Source: Yuukianura sp. NJ FZ-2021 (lineage: Eukaryota). Taken from it: DNA of 64,000 nt. The DNA lies in the NCBI GenBank assembly GCA_046563655.1, contig CM102289.1, positions 1,798,001-1,862,000 on the forward strand. Direction: 5' to 3'. The position numbers and the translations under genes are program-made. Shown piece after piece: positions 12,828 to 25,518 of this stretch (position 1 is the first letter of the stretch; each line of letters begins with the position of its first letter). The notes under the pieces are model-generated. The model ran no database searches. It had not been told where the DNA came from and saw only the letters and a list, made by a program, of their open reading frames with translations.

Positions 12828-14088
12828 CTAAAATGCTAAGAGGAGGTTCACAATTGAGGCAACAACTACTTGTGACCAAAGGAACAAAACAAATTCTTTT
12901 GTTTCAAAGGTAGAAAAACCTCCAAGAGAAATGCGCAATGGAGTCATGCTCTTCCAAAATTTTGAATTGTATTTTAAGCTGGATATTCTTGCTTGTTTAC
13001 GAGCTAGTTCAATTAAACTTCTAGACAAAACGTTCTGATCAGTTGAAATAGACAGGAATAAGGCTGCACATACGATAGCAACAAGATCTACAGTAACAAT
13101 CAGAAAAACTATCGCAAGAGAATAGTCACCGCTGGCGCGAATTGCAAAAAATGAAAATACGACAATACCCGCCAAACTATTAATAACGTATACAGTAATT
13201 ATATTTCCAATAGATACTATAAATTCTTCACCAATTACTTTAACTTTCAAATACTCCAATGAATCTGGACAAATTTGAGTTCCAAAGCAATCGCCTACTT
13301 TCTGCTGGCGAGTTTCCCTAGAAACAAAAATAGCAAATACTTTAAATTCAATTAAAAAACTGAAAGCAACAACAAGAATACAAATACTCAACCTACTCGA
13401 TCAGATCCTTTAGCCTTTGATTAGTTGTGAACAAATACATAAAGATCCAATGAAACAGAGTAGCAACATTAACCACCGCATGACCCATGCCAACTGCAAT
13501 ACTTGTGAAAGCAATAAATTTGAAAATTGCGAATAGCCAGACGAACGTGGTAGACTGCGGAGTGCTGAGTTGTGAAGCAATACTTGCCAGTACATTGTGA
13601 ATTGTTGTGAATAGCCCAGGTAATGCCCATGACATAGCGTATAAGAATGGCAATAAGATGAACGGGTACATTATTGATGCCAAACAGACGAGGAAACATA
13701 TGAGTTCAAAAGAGCGCGGCAATTTTCTGGATAGATGGAACTTGGTATCCAGAATAACGTTTGTGACGTTGAGGCAACGTAGTCGTGTGGTCGGAATAAG
13801 TAGAATATATTGTGACAGATGATTTATACTAAGGATACTATTTAAACCAAAAGCAATTACTTTTTCAAATTTTGTCGTATCACCAACCACGATTTCAAAG
13901 TACCAATATGCTATAAATCCTCCAGCAAAAATCGTAGAAAATACTGCAAACATGTTGTAAGCTAGCTTGTTCTTAGTGTGAACAATAGTATCGGGCTGTC
14001 CATGTCCAAAATCGTATATAACAGGTAAGTAGTGCAGAAATCTTGACCAAGTATACATTAACCTTACCCACAAATTTGTTCGATCCAT
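12828..14088 (-). CDS. Gustatory-receptor-like multi-pass (7TM) chemoreceptor (~393 aa)
   Basis: Exons 14088-13397 and 13317-12828 join in frame (phase 2). It has multiple hydrophobic helices and a C-terminus FWKSMTPLRISLGGF...SIVNLLL typical of the arthropod GR/OR superfamily. It is a close paralog of 34379-35651. The family call is inference. Confidence 0.72.
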
Positions 14089-14569
14089 CGTATTTCCTCG
14101 ATGTAATGTTGTCAATAACTGTGTAATAGAAATAACACCAAGAAATATAACGTTTTCAGCAACGAATATGTTCTGGAACGTAGAATACATGAGTATATAT
14201 AGTTAAAACCGCAAGAAAACGGTGTTTTGACTTTGTCAAAAATTATACAAATTTTTGTCCATTAATTACGAGAACATGCTATTCTACTCCTAATTTACTA
14301 CTAAAACATGTTTTTAGAAAATAAGGTTCTGTGTAATAATATTTCATAATAGCACTTTCTAATATGTATTTTTCTTTTAACGCGGTTGTTATTTAGGCTT
14401 ATGGAAGAAATTATATCTTGGTAGCCCATTTTTTCAAAGCTTATGCAAGAAGTAAAAGCAATTAAAAAAATGCGTGGGTTCTCTGCTAACTTTTAGTAAG
14501 TCGAAGTTCATTGAAAGTTAAAGATAGGTTTAAGTAAATTGACAACTTTTGTGAACTTGTGAAACTTTA

Positions 14570-14730
14570 TTTTTAGTTACCTAAATTGTATTCTACCAGA
14601 GTAATAATTTTTTTTAGTAAATTGTAACTTACGCGATTGCTTAACTTTTTTTTAGTAAATTGTACCCTCCGCGAGTAAGTAATTAAATTTTGCCTTAGAA
14701 ATTTGTACTCACCAGAGTAATAATTTTTTT
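14570..14730. repeat. Degenerate ~40-bp tandem repeat (about 4 copies)
   Basis: Units resembling TAGTAAATTGTA...(CCA/CGC)GAGTAA...TTTTTT recur between GR paralog 1 and ZF3. Confidence 0.5.
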
Positions 14731-15495
14731 GGAATATCGATTCGTGAAATTGCACAAGAAATGCGACAAAATATTCCCTACTGGGGAATGCAGTATTGGA
14801 AAGAACAAGAAAACAAAGTTGGTCAATGTCATCATTTTCATTTTTAGTCGAATTTTTAAGTATTTTGGGAGAAATGTTTATGCTACGAGCGATTGAGTTG
14901 CTTATAATATTCCGTAGCGTGGTTAGTTTAATTACGACACTACGTTACAATTACTACCGAATTTACTTGTCTCCAACTTCCTCTGGATGCATACTTCTTT
15001 CGTGACTTAAAACATTTGTGTTTCTCATTCTTCGAATAAATACTTTCAACTGAAAATCTTTTTTTGAAAATAATTGTTTCCCAATTGGTTCATTGTGTAT
15101 ATCCTAAAAAGAAAGGAACCCTAGCTATTTTTGTACAACAAAGCCAAGGTCGAATTTTTCTTCGAACAGAAATGCGACCAAAAAATTTATCAGTACAGTA
15201 TTCCTTTTACTGTGCTGAACGACAATACCTTTTCACAAAAATATAACTTTTCAGAGTTGAAACATTAGGGGTTTTCAATGCTCAATAATTTCCAATTATT
15301 TTGGTTAAAATTAAGTTTAAATTAAGACAAATTTGAAAACAGCCAAGACAGTTTTTGCGATTCATACAGATCTCATTCAGCATTTTAAAGAACTCTGTAC
15401 ACAAACGAACGTCCACTGTTAAGGTATTTTTTCATTATTTTAAATTTTTATTTAATTTAGGTTCACAGGTTGGATTTTTTTTTAGAGCAAATAGA

Positions 15496-16581
15496 ATGAC
15501 ACCTAAATGCAAACGAATTAGAGGTTACAAGGAGACAAAAACGGACGTTGTCGAATGTGTCCAGTGCGGGAAAAGCATCAAGGCGCAATGTCTAACTCAG
15601 CATATGAAGATTCATTCCAACATTCGACCATTTGAATGTACAACGTGTTCCAAAACGTTTCACAGGAAGTCTCATCTAACGCAGCACATACTCGTACACA
15701 GTGGCGAAAAGCCTTTTGTCTGCTCCGAATGTGGGAACGCCTACGCACGAAAGTACCAATTGTTAGTTCACAATCGTGAACACACTCAAGAATTGTTTCG
15801 ATGCAGCAATTGCCCAATGGTATTCAAGACAAAACAACATCTCAAGTCTCACATGGTATCTCATACGGGGGTCAGCGACTTCATGTGCGACTTCTGTAGA
15901 TATGCTGCTCCAAGTAGTTTGTCACTCAAACGACATTTGATTAAACATACGAAGGAAAGAGCATTCCAGTGCGACAAATGCCCACGGCGTTTTGGAATCA
16001 AATCTAACCTTGCAACTCACCGAAAAAGACATTTGAGTGAAAATAACCTCCACTGCGCATTCTGTGACTATCAAACTCCCATCAGATATCTAATGTGTTT
16101 TTTCTTTAAATTTTGAAATTTAAACTATTTATTTAATTGTTGAATTAATGGTTTATAGGAAATGGATGAACACATTAAGCGGCATGTTGGTGAAAAGATG
16201 TTCCAATGTCCGCACTGTTCTCACGAAACTGTAACAAAAGCTGATCTAACTGCTCATTTAAAAGTACACGGAGTTGGGAGAAGGACGTTTGACTGCGACA
16301 TTTGTCGCAAACAATTCTCTTCTACGACTACTCTTGTGAACCACAAACTACTCCACAGTAAACAGGGGAAACAATGTCAATTATGCCATAAGCGTTATAC
16401 AAATGTGCATGATCTGAATAAGCATATGAAGAAGCATCATATCACTGGTAGTGCACCTAGAAATAGCATACTGAACAGTGTAAAGTCCACAACCTCACTA
16501 GTGAACCGCCAAAGGTCATGCATAGAGACGAGTATGAAAACCAGGGAACTCCGAGTTTGCTTGACTCGAATTGATAAGTAA
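15496..16581 (+). pseudogene. C2H2 zinc-finger paralog ZF3 with a destroyed splice donor (possible pseudogene or truncated isoform)
   Basis: Homologous exons 15496-16089 and 16159-16581. The donor that reads GTAATG in ZF2 and ZF5 reads CTAATG at 16090, and the unspliced frame stops at 16116. Confidence 0.65.
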
Positions 16582-17391
16582 TCTATTATAATTCAAGCGT
16601 ATTATATGCTTCCTCTCAGTTGTATGTATTTATCATACATAACTTTAGTTATATGAAAATCTCGTTACATCTCGTAAAGTGGTGGTTTGTTGCACTAATG
16701 TAAGTGTAAGTTTTATGTTTTCAGAAATTGATGTTTTTTTTAATGTAAATTGACCTTTGCGATAGTTATAAAAGCATTTGAATCGGTCCGTCTGCGTAAA
16801 AAGCAAGGAATAAGCAGAAATGGATTTGCCGAAACGACTACGCTGCAGTTGAAGAATTTCAATTTTATTAAAAAATAAAATCAGAGCAGAAAATTCTTTT
16901 ACGTGGGTATGTTTTTACATCTAAATTCTCATCGCGTAGTTTGTTACAAAATTATTGAATCGCGTTGCACATTGCACTTTTTCTCGGCAGAATGTGTGCT
17001 GCTGCTGCGTACGTATAATGTGCAGGAAATTCTCAAAAAAAAGGACAATTTTAGAACAATGAAACAGAAAATTTTTAAAACCTTTTTTAAAAACTTTGTT
17101 CAAATGAACTTATTATTAGTGTGTTTCGACCCACCAAAATAAGTCAACGCAAACTTCTTCAACAGAGAATTTGGTTGAAGTGGGAACATTGCAGGTTCAC
17201 ATAAATTTCAAAAATAGAACAACTTAAGCTAAGTTTCCGACTTTAAAAAACAAATTTCAAGTCCGTTTTTTTCAAAACAGAGCGAAGGAACATCTAAGTT
17301 TGCTGTAAGTTGATAAGTTTTGGTAAATTCTTATTTGCAATAACGCAATAGTACTTTATTTTTTTCATTTTTAGAATAGGTAGTTGGGATA

Positions 17392-18456
17392 ATGGCAACC
17401 AAATGCCAGCAGGGTCAAAGTGCCCAATTCAGCAGTAAAAACGTCAAAACGGAAAAACTTTCTCGACATCAAAACGTCAGCGTTCGACCATTCGAATGCA
17501 CAACTTGTTCCAAAACTTTTCGATTTCCATGCGATTTGAGGCAGCACATACGTGTACATACCGGGGAAAAACCATTCGTCTGCTCCGAATGCGGAAACGC
17601 CTATAGGCTGAAGGCGCAACTAAATTCTCATAGTCGCTACCACACTAAAGAGTTGTTTGGATGCAGCGAATGTCCAAAAGTATTCAACACTAAAACATCA
17701 CTCAAGATTCACTTTGTTACGCACACTGGAGTAAGTGACTTTATTTGCACTATTTGTGAATATGCTGCTTCAACTGCTTGGGGACTCAAACTTCATTTGG
17801 TCACACATACGAAGGAGAGAAGTTTCCAGTGCCACATATGCCACAAGCGTTTTAGATTCAAAGCAAACCTCACATCTCATACAAAACTACATTTGAATAA
17901 AAATATGCTCCAGTGTGCATTTTGTGACTACCAAGCTCACATGACACGAGTAAGCTTTTGTTTAGTTCTTAAATCCAGAATAATTAATTCGCGTAATTAC
18001 TAATTTAATGATTTATGATAACGATAGGAAATGGAGATTCATATTAGGCGACATGTTGGTGAGAAGCCGTTTCAATGTCCGCACTGTCCTTACGCCGCTG
18101 CAGGAAGTAGCGTGCTAAATCTTCATTTAAAACAACACGCATGCGGGAATAGGACGTTTGACTGCGATGATTGTCCCAAACAATTGATTCCTAAGCGTGC
18201 TCTTGTAAAGCACAAACGAGTTCACAGTGGAGACAAGGAGCATGAATGTCAACTCCGCCAAAATCGATACACAAATTCACAAATGCTGTATAAGCATGTC
18301 AACAAGTATCACCCAACTGGTGCTGCCACAAATTATGACAACTTGAAATCCGCAATCGATGAAGAAACTGCACTAAGAAACTGTCAAAAGTCATGCGCAA
18401 ATACAGGTACCGAAACCCGGGAACTTCGAATTTGCTTGACTCGAATTGATGATTAG
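17392..18456 (+). CDS. Tandem C2H2 zinc-finger protein ZF4 (~328 aa)
   Basis: Exons 17392-17949 and 18028-18456. The first and last fingers are degenerate (missing Cys). It ends TRELRICLTRIDD. Confidence 0.88.
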
Positions 18457-19269
18457 AGGTAAAGCGTGTTGTGCTTGCTCAATTTGCACAATTAACATAA
18501 CTGTGGCTTTTACGAAACCTACTGTAACTTGTCAAAAAATGTACGTTTGTTGCAAGGTTATAATTATATTTCATATTTGCAACGATTGAAATGTTTTATA
18601 TAATTGACGTTAATTATGGGGGTAAAAGCTTTTAAATTATTGGTCCATTTGAATGAAAAGCGAAAAATAAACATCACTATTTATTTTACTATTTATTTTT
18701 AGTGGAGTTTTAGAAAAAGGTTTGTTTAGAAAGATTTTTTTTTTGTTTTCGAAAAACAATTTTCATCGCACGGTTTTTGAAACCTTGGACATTTTTAGCA
18801 GTTAGTCATTTTTTTTTCAATAAATCCTTCCAACTCAAAATTTTCAAAAACGTTGTTTTAGCATAATGCTTTAAAATTAGTTTTAACAAATGTCTTGCTC
18901 GAAAAAAAGGACGGTAACTATTTTTGTACAACGAAACAAAAGTCCCTTTTTCCTTAAAAAAAAGTAAAAAGCAGTGTGACCAACAAAAAATTTATCAGTA
19001 GTAGTACACATAAAACTAAACTCACACAAACAGACAAAATTCAAACCGGCTGAGAACTTTCGGGGTTTTTACAAATAGTTCTGATTTGGCTTTTTAAAAG
19101 AACACTACAGGGGTGTTCACTTTTAAGGTAATATTTTTTGTATTACTTAAGGCCTTAGCTTTAAAATTTTTTAAGACTGAATTAAAAAGTCGGCGTGTTA
19201 TTCCTTGAATTTTCTTTTTTTAGACAAAGTGGAATAACACATAAATCCAAGCGACCTGGTCACCTGGTC

Positions 19270-20089
19270 ATGCAAAAGGAAGCGGATTTCGTGGAATGCG
19301 TTCAATGCGGGAAAAGCGTCAAAGCGCGAACTCTACCCCGACATATGAAGATTCATTCTAACATTCGACCATTTGAATGTACAACATGCTCCAAAACGTT
19401 TTACAGGAAGAGTCATCTAACACAGCACATGCGCTTGCATACTGGCGAAAAGCCTTTCGTCTGCTCCAAATGCGGGAAGGCCTACGCACAAAAGCAGCAT
19501 CTATTAACTCATAATCGCGAACACACTCAAGAATTCCTTCGATGCAGCCACTGCCCAGTGCCCAATGGTATTCAAAACAAAACAAAATCTCCGGCATCAC
19601 TTGATAACCCATACGGGCGTAAGTGACTTCATGTGCAGTTTTTGTCAATATGCTGCTCAAAGTGCTGGGTCACTCGAAGTTCATTTGGTGACACATACGA
19701 AGGAGAAAGCTTTCCAGTGTGACAAATGCTCAAAGCGTTTTGGATCCAAGTCAAACCTTACATATCACAGAAAACGACATCTGAGTGAAAATATGCTCCA
19801 GTGTGGATTTTGTGACTACCAAACACACGTCAGACATGTAATGTTGTGTTTTTTATATTTAAATTGACAATAATTATATAATTGATGAATTAATGATTTA
19901 TAGGAAATGGAACAACACATTAGACGACATGTAGGTGAGAAGTCGTTTCAATGTCCGCATTGTCCTCAAGCAACTGTAACAAAATGGGAGCTAAATTGTC
20001 ATTTGAAAAGACACGGAGTCGAGAGAAGGACGTCCCTAGGACTGGAAACCCGGGAACTTCGAATTTGCTTGGCTCGAATTGATGAGTAA
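19270..20089 (+). pseudogene. C2H2 zinc-finger paralog ZF5, frameshifted
   Basis: A 7-bp tandem duplication (TGCCCAG TGCCCAA, 19552-19565) shifts the frame in the fourth finger, giving a stop at 19626. The rest of the gene, including the intron at 19838-19903 and the C-terminal motif, is intact in the other frame. Confidence 0.8.
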
Positions 20090-20262
20090 ACGCTCAGATC
20101 ATACGCCTTGCGTTTATCTTCAGTTTATTTGATTTAGCGTCTACATAGTAACTCAGGCTGCGTGAAAACTAATATAAACTTGTAAAATTTAGTTTATGTA
20201 TGTATTTTATGTTATAGACGTTTGTTATAGTGGTAAAAACAGAATTGACGCTGAATTCCACC

Positions 20263-20355
20263 TCAGATGAATTCGCAAAGCGCCAAAAAATTTGTGCAGA
20301 AGAGCCACTGGAAAATCGGGAAATTCGTATTTTCTTGAAAAGAATTGATGAGTAG
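20263..20355 (+). pseudogene. Orphan 3' end of a further ZF paralog (C-terminal motif only)
   Basis: Translates SDEFAKRQKICAEEPLENREIRIFLKRIDE*, homologous to [24 protein letters not shown]. No fingers lie upstream in frame. Confidence 0.7.
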
Positions 20356-21182
20356 CGGACTCATCGATTTCTATTCCTCCGATCTCCTCGTTCTACGTTT
20401 TTTCAACTTTTGTTTGAACAAGTATATTATTACATAATTTTACATAGAAAAGAATTACATTGTAGTAAAAGTTAAACTATATGTTAAACTAACAAAATAT
20501 TTTTTAACTACGTACAGACAGACAAGGTCGTATCAATAGTCTGTTTTGCTTGTCGACAATAGTCTGAAAAAAAAAACTATTTTTTATTCGAATACAGGTA
20601 AAAAAATTTTCTCACAAATCCTGTTCTGGAAAAATTTCGTTGACAGACAGACGTACCAAAAAACGTCGATTGGAACTATAGCTTTTCCTTAATTGAGTTA
20701 TTCATAAACCAAAAATTCATGAAAGCTTTTCTCAATGTCTACCACTTCGAGAAATTACTTACGAAATAGCAGTTCGTAACATTGACGTTATTTAAAATAA
20801 ATTACTATACTTTCAGCTGGAGTCACGAAATGTAAGACAAGGTGGTTAAAAATTTACTTCGAGGAGTTACGCCGATACGATGTAAAAAATATGTTTACAC
20901 ACACAAGGCTCTCAAACCTTGTCGATTCACATGGGAAATATATTTCAGTGGTGAGGACATTTCTACCCATTGTCCCTAATGTACTGTAGTCATGGAAACC
21001 CAAGCAACTCAAACATTTGTACTTGGTAGTCAAATTCAAGACATTGTAGGAAGTGCTTGTGGAGAAAGAAAGCGTCGTTCTTCAAACCGTGCACAAATTG
21101 TACAATTTTGCAAAGTTCAAAGTTCAAAAACTGTTGTTTTTAAGTGTTGAATAATTTTCTTGCTAATTTTGTGTTCTTAAAA

Positions 21183-24100
21183 ATGAGCATGAAAACGCTG
21201 CTGCTGGTTTTTGTTACTTTTAAACATCAAACTGAAATTTTTGGCAGTGAAGTCAATGATGTCCACATAGTTCCAGAACTTGGTACTTTGGTCCACGCCT
21301 TTCCAGATTGCTACAACATTGTTCCGATGTCACCGTTTCTAAAAGTGTCAATCGACGACCAAATTTTGGATCCTATTGTCTTGACAACAAAACCTCTTCA
21401 TATCAGCTCACTACTTAATTGTATCGTTCACTTTGTCGTTTTTTCGGATCATGACATGCTTGTACTCCAAAATCGGCGGTATCCACTGGGGTTCATCAAT
21501 TTGAAATGTCCGTTTAGTCATAGCAACTTTTCTAAATTTTGTGATTTAGTGCCAGAGCAACTTGTACTTTTAATTTCTGGTACTCAAAAAAACTGGATTG
21601 ACGTAAATCTTCGGATCACACTCACCGGCACTAGTTCTAATCACAATGTACGAGAATTTCACTATTTTTTGGTCCATTTGGAGTCAAAAACGAACATTGA
21701 ACATCGAATGCCAGGATCTTTTGCATTGTTCAAACTCATTTTTAGCTGTAAACTATATGCACCTACATTTTTTGGTGTTGGACACTTTCATCAAAATTTG
21801 ACACAATTGAAAAACTTGACAAAATTGAGAAATTTGATTGATTTTGTCATTATAAAGCAACCGTTTGGTTATGCTCATGTGATAAATCATGACAATTCGC
21901 ATCGAAAAAACTTTTGTTTTGAAAACTTTATCAAGCCGTACCACAAACGAAATGCGGATTTTGCTGGTCCACTTGCTAATCCAATCAAACCGTCCAATGA
22001 CATTCCCTTGTACGTACACATTTTGTACACCATGGTTCAAGATCTCAACTACACTCATCCTGATAGGAAAGAGAGTTGGACCAAACTAGGGACAGACAGT
22101 CATAGATTAACAATGACAACGTCAATTTGGATATTCTTTGTCAAAAATGCAAAAGTTGGAGAGTATGACTACTCTATGGTCACTCTAGGTCAAGTCAGTT
22201 ACAACTTTTTAACATGTGACTCCATCATTGACGAAAACGTTAGTTTTGCATTCTACAGTATTCCGTTTGACCTAGAATCGTGGTGCACAACTCTGTTTAC
22301 CCTGATTGTAATGTCTACTGTCAGCATGTTTGCGTTCTGGACTACACTAAGAATTAGTGCACATGAAATTACTATTGCACGGGTCAACACTGTTGTCATA
22401 TTTCACCGAACATTGGAAGCAAATTCTTCTACACTCCTGGGAGTCGGCATGAACGATGACATGATCAATTTGGTCAAGTCATTGCCTTCGTTTCAAACTT
22501 TTTTGAGAATAATTCTTGGACTTTGGTGCCTACTTACCGTTGTTCTCACTAATGGATACTTGGGTCTCATCACAACATACTCAACTGCCCCATTTGACAA
22601 AGTTGGAACTTGGCAACATGGGACAGATATGCACTCTTTTTACTTTTTAGTTTCTCGACACATTTTTGATGGAATCATGACATCAATATTCATGACGGAT
22701 TATATAAATCAGGGAACTTCCGTTGACATGAATTACTATCGAGAATTAATGCAAGTCTACGGTGGCCGTAGCCTCTGTCACGGAAACATAACTCATCCTT
22801 TTGTCATTGGGTAGATCGCAATTTGCTGATTGTAGATCGGATTGTGACGGTAGAGCATTGTTTTCTTTATTCAATGGTACGAATGACAGTTTGTGGTTTA
22901 GGGAGCCCGGAGGTAGCACGCACGGTAACTTTGATTCACTGCAGAGCTTGAGATTAAATTACAAGAAGCGAAGGTATGATCCGTTTAGCGCCTTATAGTC
23001 TTAAAACAATAGGTTTAACGTCTTAAGTTTCGAATTTCGAAATTTCATAAGTTCGCAGTCGCGTATAACTCGGTGCTTCTTGGTAAATACACTCAAAGAT
23101 TAAATGAAATGTAAACTAATAGAAACTTAATTGTAATTAGCTGAATCAAAACATACGCAGTACTATTCTTATACAGTCTTGTACTGTCTTCCGGAAGATT
23201 CTTCAAATGAAGCCGTCTTCCGGCTTCATTCTTCCGACTTCCGGAAGTTTTGAAGACGGAAGCCCGGAAGGCAAAATATTCTTTGGAAGCCGGAGGGTGG
23301 AAGACCAGTAGACAAAATATTCTTTAGAAGCCGGAGGCCGGAAGCTTGTAAGACAAAATATCCTCCGGAAGCCGGAAGACTGCAATACAAAACATCCTCT
23401 GGAAGCCTTGGAAGACCAAACATTTTCTGGAAGCCGGAGGTCGGAAGCCGTGAAGACAAGAGAATCTTTGGAAGCCGGAAGTCGGAAGACTGGAAGCCGA
23501 ATCAGCTGTTTTTCTTCGGAATCCGGAAGACAGTACAAGACTGAGCTAGAAATTTTAATCTTCAAATTTGGCGCCAAATTTTGTTTTAACCCAAATTCGC
23601 CTTTTTCATCTGTACAAGTACAACACAAACACAGTTAAAAGTTCTAAACATGTTGCAGTATATAAAAGTTTACTTTACTGTAGCTTTGTATTTAGTCTAT
23701 AACTACCGTCTTCTCACAATCTTACAATCAGGGAATCGCGATCTACCTATAATGTGCTATTAGCAAATGTAAAGAAGAATGGGCAACAAACTCAAAAATA
23801 TTTCAAAGGAATACACCAAATGCTCTCATACATTTACTGTTGGACGAAAATATGGGTGCCTACGAGATCTATGATTTTCTGCCAAAGTTCAAATATGGGT
23901 TAATCACAGCGCCTGCGGATGGATTCCGAGTTGACGAAGTAGTGAAGGATGTGGCAACATGTGACAGGAACGGATATATTGCCGAAAATCGTACGCTGGA
24001 TAAATTTGGACAATACTTGGAAGAAATGAGTGCGGGAAAAACTGTTGGAAAGAAAGGGAAAGATCATTTGTTCGAGTCTACGGAGCGTTACGTTTTGCTA

Positions 24101-24499
24101 GATTTTCAGAAGAACTTGCTTTACAGGAGAATGCAACGGATGATGACGTCTGGACTTTACAATTTCTGGAAAAAGTGGCAAGTTTATGAAAAGGAAGACA
24201 GAGAATGGCGGGAAAGAATTCGACGTTTGAATGTTACGAGCTCAAAAGGTCCAATTCCGCTTTCCTTAAATTCCAAATTGGTAACCGGGTTTGCAATTTG
24301 TGCGATGACGGCAATGACAACTATTGTTTTTGGATTTGAATTGTTGAAAACGTGCGGACAGATGATAAAGAATAGAAAAAATTCGAATTTTAATGCAGTT
24401 CAAATCAACGTTCGACCAACCTCTGGCGATGACAGTGTAGACGACGAAAAAGAGGATTTCGTAGGAAATGTTGAAGCTTGCGAGGAACTTGAGGATTAA
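21183..24499 (+). CDS. Divergent ionotropic-receptor-like (iGluR/IR superfamily) membrane protein (~833 aa) with a frame discontinuity at ~22800
   Basis: It has a signal-peptide-like N-terminus, YNFLTCD, FYSIPFDxxxW before M1, LWCLLTVVLTNGYLG (M3-like), TSGLYNFW and a C-terminal TM. The proposed exons 21183-22810, 22836-22973 and 23764-24499 require either a 25-nt intron or a 1-nt indel. Confidence 0.7.
23174..23543. mobile_element. Non-autonomous TIR element (MITE) within the IR-like intron
   Basis: It has a perfect 22-bp TIR CAGTCTTGTACTGTCTTCCGGA (23174-23195, inverse 23522-23543) and many internal GGAAG(C/A)C subterminal repeats. No clear TSD. Confidence 0.88.
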
Positions 24500-25518
24500 C
24501 ACTTTGCTTTAATTTCAAAATTTAAGATTTACATGCAGTTGCGAAGGGAATTTACATAATTAAAAGGCTGCAAAAATTTTCAATGTACTTGCATGTTTTA
24601 TGTGAAATGGATTGCTACAAAATCATTTTTGCAATGGTGGAATACATACTAAAGTGCACGATGCATGCTTTTTTTCTACTAAGACACTTGTAGAGGAAAA
24701 CCGTAGTGATGTTATATCTGGTCCGTCTATAACTTGACGACTTTACGTCAAATTTAAGTATTTCTTAATTAATTAATAGGTTATAATAAGGTCAAATTCA
24801 CCTAATTCTTGGACATCTTAATGCCAAGAGTTCAAAACGGGGGTAAAAAATTTAATTAAATGTATTTTTTTAAATTATTACACCTATTGTCTTCAAAATT
24901 TAAAAACACGTCTTGGCGCCGGTCAGGCATCCGGCGGATCCGAGCATGACAACTATTCGTCACCCCCATTTAGTTGCCCACAGGCCTCACCCCCATAGCA
25001 CTCATGGGCACAGTTGTCAAATTGTAAGGCAAGTGCAATGACAAATGCAAATTGCAAATGCCCTAAGGCAAGGAAGCGCGCGGAACGACATTCCTTTGTT
25101 TCGAAACAAAGGAATGGGTATAAGGTTTAGAAATATGATATATATGTATATGCTATATACATATATATCACGTAACATTGCAGAAAATACATCTCACGCT
25201 AAATGCACTTCTCGAAAGTATCTTTGTAAGTTTTGCGATTTTTCCAAGCAGTCCTTACTTGGCTTTCTTAAAACTACTACTACACGTAGGTAAAACATCC
25301 ACCTTCAAGGTATGTTTTAGCTCTTGTAGGTTAAAATTATAACTTAACATTTACAAAATTCATAAATTAAAGCAACTGATACACGCATAATAGAAATAAG
25401 CCCTCCGATAAGACTGCTTTAATCGAAACAAAAATTAAACTTACAATTACTTGGAATACACATAATACAAAACTCAAAGTATCCCATTGACATAAGTAGT
25501 AATTAATGTCGTATTTAT

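Noticed and set aside
13393..14190. Longer N-terminus for GR paralog 1 from the ATG at 14190
   Set aside because: Similarity to paralog 2 begins at MDRTNLW (14088). The extension is not shared, so the downstream ATG was preferred.
20500..20700. GACAGACAGAC-containing patch resembling a Helitron or other repeat remnant
   Set aside because: No definable termini, hairpin or second full copy in the window.
23203..23638. ORFs of 141, 77 and 76 aa with repetitive LPAS/EAGS content
   Set aside because: These are translations of the MITE's internal repeats and have no transposase motifs.
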